Part shown: positions 48,094 through 54,383 of the stretch, piece by piece
Layout: each line of letters opens with the position of its first letter
Numbering within the stretch: the first letter of the stretch is position 1
Translations under genes and position numbers: made by a program
The notes under the pieces: generated by a model
The model's database searches: none
The model's input: the letters and a program-made list of their open reading frames with translations, nothing else
What the model was told of the DNA's origin: nothing
Virus record (IMG/VR): IMGVR_UViG_3300008255_000013
Span: 1 to 54,383 of that record
Origin: a virus
Lineage: Duplodnaviria > Caudoviricetes
DNA: 54,383 bases
Strand: one strand, 5' to 3'

Positions 48094-49715
48094 GAATCAC
48101 TCCTGCCCAATCCAGTATTTCTTAATCCAGTTCTAATGCCTAGCGAATCACTTGGTGGTTTTGGTAAACTAGGCTCTTTTATCAAGCCCATTTCTTCCAA
48201 ATCAACAATTCTTGCAAGGCAATCTATCATATCATCATGTTTTAAAACAGGAAATGCAACATATTCTTCTTCGATGAAGTCTCGCACAAGGTCACGAGAG
48301 CGACCCTCATTGTCTTGAACGATGCATGAGGTGGGTAATATAATCCTGCTTTTTGCTATGCCGTCACCGCCATCTGTGACCGATTTATAGCCATTTTCAA
48401 AATAGGGTACTAATCTCAATATCCTTAATTCCTTTTTCATTGATCCACCTAATGGCTCTATATGAAATTCATAGACATCTCGCTTTTGGACTGTTTCGAT
48501 GTAGCTTATATCGGCTTGCATACCATATTCTTCATAAGCCACGAGTTCTGGCTTCCATTTTCGGTGCAATTCCATCAATACTTCGCCCCTTTGTGTGAGG
48601 CTCATGCGGTCACGGCGCATCTCTAAAATCCGATATTTATGATCTGCGCCATAGCCAATAACCATCATTGACGTGTAATCACTGGAATTATTACCCTTTT
48701 TGTTTGATTTTCTCTGTTTGCCCCCTGCTGGATCAACAATTATGAAGCGGAATAGACTTCTCATGGCGGCACTGTATTCGACATCTTCTTTGACAATCCA
48801 ATTTAATTGGAATCCCATCGCTTTATCTGCTGTAGGATTTAAAAGCATTTGAGACGAAAACACATAAGGACCTTGATTAAGGCGTTTTTTATCTAAGGTT
48901 TCTTGATCCATTAAAACTGGATTACCAAACTCCGTGCCATCATCAGTTGCTGGGAATACCCTCGGAATAACTGCGCCTCGATCCATCATGACCGAATAAG
49001 TATCAAATAGGTGATATCGAGTGCCAATATAACGCACTGTGCCACCAACCGCGCCCAAGTTATCAGACATTGACCAAGCCTCGGTGGTTTTGTGTATCTG
49101 ATCAGCCGTTGAGACACTCTCCATTGTCACCACATCATCGTAAATCATGAGTTTGAAGTGGCGACCTGTGGGCATACCATCAACAAGTCCATGACCCTCA
49201 ACTGTAGCCTCTTTAGGGTTTTGTGTGCGCTTCACCTCAATACCGCCATCAATTGACCATCTGCGCGATTGCCGTTGTGGCTCTTCATAGAAGATATGAG
49301 ACCAAAGACGCTTTAAATCATCGTTCATCTCAAGTTCTGATTTAATCTGCTTCACAAAATCACGCGCAATCGATTTGGTGTGCGAGAAAATACCAATGGT
49401 TATCTCTGGATCATTGATAATATCAAATATAGTCATGCCAAACGTAATAATGCTTGATTTTCCATGCTCCCTTGCCCACAAATCCAAGTGCCCATTTGGA
49501 TCGCGCTGGACATCACGACATCGATTAAAAAGCCATTCCTTGTTTAGATCCGTGCGCTTGAGAATAAACACAAGCAAGAAGAATAAATCAGTTTGACCAA
49601 GACCGCGCTTTATATCATCCAAATTACCCCTTTTAACGCCCTCCTCATACATCCGCTTGTAGTAAGCCATGCACGACCTATACCCAAATTTGAAGTGGAT
49701 TGGCAAATCACTCAT
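48078..49715 (-). CDS. terL: Terminase large subunit
   Basis: AREHGKS (Walker A), LMIYDD (Walker B), IIVDPA and HDDMID (nuclease). Confidence 0.92.
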   Translation of the reverse strand: MSDLPIHFKFGYRSCMAYYKRMYEEGVKRGNLDDIKRGLGQTDLFFLLVFILKRTDLNKEWLFNRCRDVQRDPNGHLDLWAREHGKSSIITFGMTIFDIINDPEITIGIFSHTKSIARDFVKQIKSELEMNDDLKRLWSHIFYEEPQRQSRRWSIDGGIEVKRTQNPKEATVEGHGLVDGMPTGRHFKLMIYDDVVTMESVSTADQIHKTTEAWSMSDNLGAVGGTVRYIGTRYHLFDTYSVMMDRGAVIPRVFPATDDGTEFGNPVLMDQETLDKKRLNQGPYVFSSQMLLNPTADKAMGFQLNWIVKEDVEYSAAMRSLFRFIIVDPAGGKQRKSNKKGNNSSDYTSMMVIGYGADHKYRILEMRRDRMSLTQRGEVLMELHRKWKPELVAYEEYGMQADISYIETVQKRDVYEFHIEPLGGSMKKELRILRLVPYFENGYKSVTDGGDGIAKSRIILPTSCIVQDNEGRSRDLVRDFIEEEYVAFPVLKHDDMIDCLARIVDLEEMGLIKEPSLPKPPSDSLGIRTGLRNTGLGRSDSWVTA

Positions 49716-50334
49716 TTGTTTTGCCTATGGTTTTTTCAAACTCCGCAAACACTTTTTGTGCAATATCATCAAAGAATTTTGAACCCTGTGATGCCAAATC
49801 AGTCGGATTGCCCTCTTTGTCCACCATCTGTGTTTTAATCAAAGCCTCTCCACCATACTTTTTGGGCGCAATCTTGCTCAAATACCATTTTGTATTATCA
49901 GCCCGAATTTTAGCCAGCATGACAGACTCTTTACTCAATACCTTCATTCTCTCGCCAGTCTCTGGGTGTATAGCGTCCGTAAATCCATCCTCGCCCATCT
50001 CAATCATGTTATCAGCCATCACATCAAGCCCAATGTTTCGCGCACGCGTGTACTTGTCTAGAAAACCCTCTCGGATTATTTGCCCATCATCCCCCCTCAC
50101 CTCTCCTGTATTATGATAAATCCATGAATAAATCGTTTGTCTACATGGCATGTCGCCTTGTTTGCAGATTTTATTGAGGCTAATTCCTTGCGCCAATTGG
50201 TCGCATATTTTATCGGCAAGGGCGTGTGTAAAAATAGTTAAGCCGTGTAGGGTTGGCTCATCTTTTTCTGTACGCTGTACGGGCTTCTTTTTGCCCTTTT
50301 TGACTACTTCTTTTGTGGTTTTAATTTCTCTCAT
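49708..50334 (-). CDS. terS: Terminase small subunit (Sf6-like)
   Basis: ICDQLAQGISLNKICK...MP...TIYSW...Y.RAR...KW.LSKIAPKKYG. Confidence 0.88.
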   Translation of the reverse strand: MREIKTTKEVVKKGKKKPVQRTEKDEPTLHGLTIFTHALADKICDQLAQGISLNKICKQGDMPCRQTIYSWIYHNTGEVRGDDGQIIREGFLDKYTRARNIGLDVMADNMIEMGEDGFTDAIHPETGERMKVLSKESVMLAKIRADNTKWYLSKIAPKKYGGEALIKTQMVDKEGNPTDLASQGSKFFDDIAQKVFAEFEKTIGKTNE

Positions 50335-50551
50335 AAATTCAAGATAGCGTATATGCGCTTAAAAGTCTATTGAGATGCGTTTTTAGGTTCACGACTAAGT
50401 GATGAACATGGAAAATAGTAACTGGGGTTTTTAAAATTGCGAGATATTATTAAATAGCCAGAAATGAGGGGATATTTGGTTTATGTGAAAAAAGTGGGGC
50501 ATTTACATGGGCGTACAGCAAATTAAAAGGGGTGTGCCTTGTGTTGATACC

Positions 50552-50584
50552 AAAGAAAAACCCCATAGATGGGGATCTATGGGG
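50552..50584 (-). terminator. Intrinsic terminator after the DUF4942 methyltransferase
   Basis: Perfect 10-bp stem CCCCATAGAT/ATCTATGGGG followed by TTTTTCTTT on the minus strand. Confidence 0.8.
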
Positions 50585-50655
50585 GGAGAGGCTCTCATGT
50601 GTAATATTATGATGATAAAGATTTTAACTTTTGTCAATATCCATTAATTTTATCT

Positions 50656-51918
50656 TCATTTAAATATGGTTAAAACTGTGGTGTTAATGTTTGTTCCGCT
50701 TTCGCGGAATGACCCGAATGGCAAATCAGACCATTTGCCATTAACCAAGCCATGTTCCTTGGCGGTGATAGGTAGTATTGCAGTTAAAACGCCACCATCT
50801 TTTAAAAACTTTAAGGCGTGTTCTATGTGCTTGGCGTAGTGTTTGCCGTAAAATGGTGGATTCATTACGACACGATCATATTTTGGTGTGGGGTGCGTTT
50901 CAAGGAAGTTTGCCGTTTGAACTTTATGCCCTTTAGATCTGGCAATTTCGGCTCTGACTGGATCAACCTCTATGCCATGGACAACATTTAGGTAGTTCTT
51001 CTTAACGAGTGCGTCCATGAAGCGACCACAACCGCATGATGGTTCTAGGATTAACTCTGGATCACGCGAGTAAAAATCGCCAACTATGCGATCCACAACG
51101 GCTTGAGGCGTGGGGTAGTATTGTAAATCCTTTGAGACATAGGTTGATTGCTGTTTTTTTTCAGGCTTTTCCTCATAGCAATCGGCTAAAACTTCTCCAT
51201 AGTACTGGGCGAGGGCGCGATTTATGTCCTTGAGCGTCTCTTGTGTGAAAATCATGTGGGCGTTGCCGTTCTTAAATCGTCTAAGTTCAAATCCACGAGT
51301 CTCAAGGTAGGCTTTATCATCCTTTTTTAATTCATCTCTCAATTGAAAATAATTTAAAATCGGTTTGTTTTGATATGATGCCAGAGCGTTTACAACATCA
51401 GCCAGTCTTTCCCATCCGTAAAAGCCATACTCACCGAATCCAGAAAGTATGATCCGCTTTGGCAAGCCGTCCACGCCTATTTTCACTTTCTCGTGTGATT
51501 TATATGATTGATCAAGAGAGCAGAAAACCTCGGCAAGTCCTCGCAGTATGTTTGACCAAGGATCAAGGATGTAGTCGCCGAATGTGGATCTGATATTATC
51601 CATTGTAAACTCTGGGAGATCGGACATTGATTGCTCAAAGCGTTTTTTGTCATTTGCGCTCATGAGAATATCAAGATTGAGTCCTTTATGTAAAGATAGC
51701 CAAGCCGAACGCCTCAAGCCGTCCTCAAGCGTTCTTAAGTTAACGCGCCCTGTGTCTATGTTGACCTGGCCAAAAACGCCGTTGACTGTGCACGATGTGA
51801 TCAAATCGTTTCCAGAGGCTTTAAAAGCTTCTAGTGCATTTTCAAGATTACCCTTTTTGGTTTCGTACTCTGTGACCAGATCAGATATCTTTTGTTTTAA
51901 GGCTATATTTGTTCCCAT
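50656..51918 (-). CDS. DUF4942-domain N6-adenine DNA methyltransferase
   Basis: FKNGNAH (DUF4942-like), QYYPTP, ILEPSCGCG, VVMNPPF and FRESGT. Confidence 0.88.
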   Translation of the reverse strand: MGTNIALKQKISDLVTEYETKKGNLENALEAFKASGNDLITSCTVNGVFGQVNIDTGRVNLRTLEDGLRRSAWLSLHKGLNLDILMSANDKKRFEQSMSDLPEFTMDNIRSTFGDYILDPWSNILRGLAEVFCSLDQSYKSHEKVKIGVDGLPKRIILSGFGEYGFYGWERLADVVNALASYQNKPILNYFQLRDELKKDDKAYLETRGFELRRFKNGNAHMIFTQETLKDINRALAQYYGEVLADCYEEKPEKKQQSTYVSKDLQYYPTPQAVVDRIVGDFYSRDPELILEPSCGCGRFMDALVKKNYLNVVHGIEVDPVRAEIARSKGHKVQTANFLETHPTPKYDRVVMNPPFYGKHYAKHIEHALKFLKDGGVLTAILPITAKEHGLVNGKWSDLPFGSFRESGTNINTTVLTIFK

Positions 51919-51947
51919 TGTTTAAAGCCTCCTTTGCTTATGGTTAT

Positions 51948-51987
51948 AATATAAACCTATTGACTTTATTTGTCAATGGGCTATAAT
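51948..51987. promoter_or_regulatory. Overlapping divergent promoters with palindrome copy 3 (51959-51977)
   Basis: Plus strand TTGACT-16-TATAAT; minus strand TTGACA-17-TATATT. Confidence 0.75.
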
Positions 51988-52010
51988 AATAAAAATGGAG
52001 GTCATGAAAA

Positions 52011-52298
52011 ATGATTTATAGATACTACTCAAAGGTGGGCGGTTGGCGGTTTGTCATCATGTACCTACAATCAAAAAAGGTGATTCGTTTGCTTGATACG
52101 TCAACATTCGAGATTTACGTGATCAAGCCAGATCAAGTTAGAGAATTGATTGAATATACAAATATAAACCTCGCCGATATGGCTAAGCGTATCAAAGAGC
52201 GCAAAAAAGTCAAAAAACAGATCGGTGTTCCATATTCCATCAAGGCGGTTCGCTTGGCGATTGAAAAATTAGAGGAGCGTTCACAATGTCTATTATAA
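52011..52298 (+). CDS. Hypothetical basic early protein
   Basis: First ORF after the promoter; GGAGG upstream. Confidence 0.65.
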   Translation: MIYRYYSKVGGWRFVIMYLQSKKVIRLLDTSTFEIYVIKPDQVRELIEYTNINLADMAKRIKERKKVKKQIGVPYSIKAVRLAIEKLEERSQCLL

Positions 52299-52582
52299 CA
52301 TGCCATAAATGCTCAACCTTTATTGATACTGACAATGATTGTGATGCATTTTCTGTAAGCACTGATGACTGTCAAGAGATTAGCCTTGAATATCCACTGT
52401 GCCATGATTGCAAGATTGATTATGAGGGATTGCTCGTGTTTTCCCAAAAGCTTGATCAATTTACCCAAGATGCCTTGGATTGGGTGAGCACTATTGGAAA
52501 CATAGAACTACTCACCGCGCTTTATCAAGCAAAAGAGACGATTAATAACCAATTATACCCAAACCCACCAAAGGAGAATTAA
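52286..52582 (+). CDS. Hypothetical protein with two CxxC motifs
   Basis: CHKC and CHDC; GAGGAG RBS. Confidence 0.7.
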   Translation: MSIITCHKCSTFIDTDNDCDAFSVSTDDCQEISLEYPLCHDCKIDYEGLLVFSQKLDQFTQDALDWVSTIGNIELLTALYQAKETINNQLYPNPPKEN

Positions 52583-52585
52583 GAA

Positions 52586-52903
52586 ATGCCCAATACAGAA
52601 AATCAAACAGTGTATTCTATATATGATTATAAATTATATAGCCGAGATATGGAACGCGCCAAAATTGGCGATTGCTTGGTTGATGGATATGACAAACAAG
52701 AGGTGGTCGAAAGAGCCGAAAATCTACTTAGTGACCGCGCCGAAGAAAATGGCGAATACGGAGAAAGAGAAGATTATTATGTTTTGGTAACAACCGATGC
52801 CGATGGTAAAGAAACTTATGAGCAAATAACCTTGCAGTGGTGCGCCGAGAGAGATTCATATCAAGACGATGTGCGATGGACTTGGGCGAATAGTGTAATA
52901 TAA
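52586..52903 (+). CDS. Hypothetical acidic protein
   Basis: D/E-rich 105 aa; AAGGAG RBS. Confidence 0.7.
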   Translation: MPNTENQTVYSIYDYKLYSRDMERAKIGDCLVDGYDKQEVVERAENLLSDRAEENGEYGEREDYYVLVTTDADGKETYEQITLQWCAERDSYQDDVRWTWANSVI

Positions 52904-52917
52904 CAAAGGAGGAAGTT

Positions 52918-53037
52918 ATGTCAAAGTCACAGATAGTTCTTGAAGCTATTATTATTTATGTTTTTTTTGGTTTTATGATATTCGGGATACCTTGGGTATA
53001 TTATATATTAACAGGGAGCGTTATAAATTATGGTTAG
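52918..53037 (+). CDS. Small membrane peptide (39 aa)
   Basis: AAGGAGG RBS; MSKSQIVLEAIIIYVFFGFMIFGIPWVYYILTGSVINYG. Confidence 0.55.
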   Translation: MSKSQIVLEAIIIYVFFGFMIFGIPWVYYILTGSVINYG

Positions 53038-53170
53038 CCTTTACAAAAGAGTTCCAGAGCCAGAATTTAAACTGGATTACTGGATCATACGTCAAGAAGC
53101 AGAGTTGATGAAAGCAATGGCAGATCAGGCGATTATTGATTACAAAAAAGCGATTGGATTGGATCAGTAA
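53030..53170 (+). CDS. Small hypothetical protein (46 aa)
   Basis: Overlaps the previous stop codon and ends just before a terminator. Confidence 0.5.
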   Translation: MVSLYKRVPEPEFKLDYWIIRQEAELMKAMADQAIIDYKKAIGLDQ

Positions 53171-53194
53171 ACAATTACCATAACCATGTGTTTT

Positions 53195-53219
53195 GAGGGG
53201 GTTTTTGACCCCCTTTTTT
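53195..53219 (+). terminator. Intrinsic terminator
   Basis: GAGGGGGT-TTTTG-ACCCCCT followed by a T run. Confidence 0.75.
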
Positions 53220-53225
53220 ACTGTC

Positions 53226-53405
53226 TTGAAATTGGCAGAAAACAGCGATTTTCACTTATGAAATCGGGGCTTGTAAAAATAGGTTAAGTTGTTGAATTAT
53301 AACATTAATTTTGCCTTATAAAAAAATATTGCAAGAGACCTCTTTTGAAATCGTCAAAAAAATGATACGATTGCAAATGTTTTTGAAATTGTAAGGTATT
53401 GAAAT
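53226..53405. promoter_or_regulatory. Candidate res site (resolvase binding subsites)
   Basis: Imperfect inverted repeats sharing a TGAAAT half-site at 53246-53266, 53328-53351 and 53370-53389. Confidence 0.5.
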
Positions 53406-54081
53406 GATTGAAGAAAAAAAGGTTAAAAGAAAACAGCGCGGACGTAAAATCATCCGCAAAGAGAAAAAAGTCAAAAATGTGCCAAAAAAACCACTTCGTG
53501 AGCCATCAATGGTGGGGTACATGCGCGTCTCTACCGATAAACAAGACCACGCCCTCCAGTATGACTCACTTATCAATTATGGAATAAGCGAGGACAAGAT
53601 ATTCAAGGATACCATGTCGGGAAGTAAAATCACCCGAGACGGATTAACTAAATGCCTAAAATACTGTATCAGAGGCGACACCATCGTTGTCTGGAAGATT
53701 GACCGCTTCTCTCGTAAAACCAAAGATATGCTTGAACTGCTGGAAGGGCTTGAAAATAGAGGCATAGGCATCAAATCAATTACACAACCATTCGACACCA
53801 CAACACCTGGTGGAAAAATGATGCTCCAACTCTTGGCAATATTTGCAGAGTTCGAAAGAGAAACCATAAGAGAACGCATCACCGCTGGAATCCGATCAAC
53901 AAGAGAAGCCAACAAAAATATGCGCTGGGGCAGAAAGCCCCAAAGCGATTATGATCCAGTCGAAATAAGACGACTCAAACGACAAGGGCTACAAAACAAA
54001 AAGATAGCGCGTCAACTTGGGATATCAGAAGCAACTGTTTCTCGCGCCATCAATCATAAAAAACACAAAAAAAAGCAATAG
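53404..54081 (+). CDS. Small serine recombinase (resolvase/invertase) with C-terminal HTH
   Basis: GYMRVST (catalytic Ser), GDTIVVWKIDRFSR, FDTTTPGGK, AEFERE.I.ER..AG, GRKP and an HTH. Confidence 0.93.
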   Translation: MIEEKKVKRKQRGRKIIRKEKKVKNVPKKPLREPSMVGYMRVSTDKQDHALQYDSLINYGISEDKIFKDTMSGSKITRDGLTKCLKYCIRGDTIVVWKIDRFSRKTKDMLELLEGLENRGIGIKSITQPFDTTTPGGKMMLQLLAIFAEFERETIRERITAGIRSTREANKNMRWGRKPQSDYDPVEIRRLKRQGLQNKKIARQLGISEATVSRAINHKKHKKKQ

Positions 54082-54092
54082 CAGGTTTATTT

Positions 54093-54383
54093 TTAATCTA
54101 AACCAAACAACTTTGGTAAGCCACCGCCATCAGCTGCATCTATCGGAGCACTTTGTTCCTCAACCTTGGCTGGCTCGGCATCAAAAAGTGACATTGGCAT
54201 CAAAACACCTGTCCAATTTGGAAAAATATCGTCTTGAACCAAAATCGGGCAACCATAGCGATCACCTGTAAATTGTAAACATATTGCTGGCTTTCCAGTC
54301 ATGACCGATAAGGATCTCGCCAAAGAGTCAACATACTTTCCATTCACATGGATTTTGTTAAATGTTATTGAAGAATGACGTGG
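54093..54383 (-). CDS. 3' part of the beta-clamp-like gene (continues from 1-522)
   Basis: VNGKYVD...PILV...GVLMPM, a DnaN C-terminal-like motif; in frame across the junction. Confidence 0.7.
   Translation of the reverse strand, partial: PRHSSITFNKIHVNGKYVDSLARSLSVMTGKPAICLQFTGDRYGCPILVQDDIFPNWTGVLMPMSLFDAEPAKVEEQSAPIDAADGGGLPKLFGLD
54261..54383. repeat. Terminal direct repeat (copy of 1-123)
   Basis: Exact sequence identity with 1-123. Confidence 0.95.

Overview
A complete, apparently circular dsDNA tailed-phage genome of about 54,260 bp; the first 123 nt repeat exactly at the end and a gene reads across the join. It has a podovirus-like virion module: TerS, TerL, portal, scaffold, N4-gp56-type major capsid, P22 gp4/gp10-like tail genes, several tailspike/fibre genes, an embedded-spanin lysis cassette and an ejection operon. 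A GcrA homologue points to an alphaproteobacterial host. Early regions carry RecE-like/Sak4-like recombination genes, two small HTH regulators, a replication initiator with iteron-like repeats, three DNA methyltransferases, an HNH endonuclease, a two-domain beta-clamp-like protein and a serine resolvase with a candidate res site. I recognised no integrase, CI repressor, DNA polymerase, tRNA or CRISPR array. The most notable observations are: (i) an ejection-operon protein with a Gly-zipper fused to a Hedgehog/intein (Hint) autoprocessing domain; (ii) a 3534-aa polyvalent protein with pyrophosphatase, LPD, zincin, ADP-ribosyltransferase and PLxRFG-like modules; (iii) apparent genome-wide absence of CCGG; (iv) two methyltransferase/GcrA-type HTH gene pairs; (v) an in-frame TAG inside an 18-bp repeat array; (vi) a thrice-repeated palindromic promoter/operator cassette; (vii) two structured RNA leaders. 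All family assignments come from motif recognition by eye; no database search was run.
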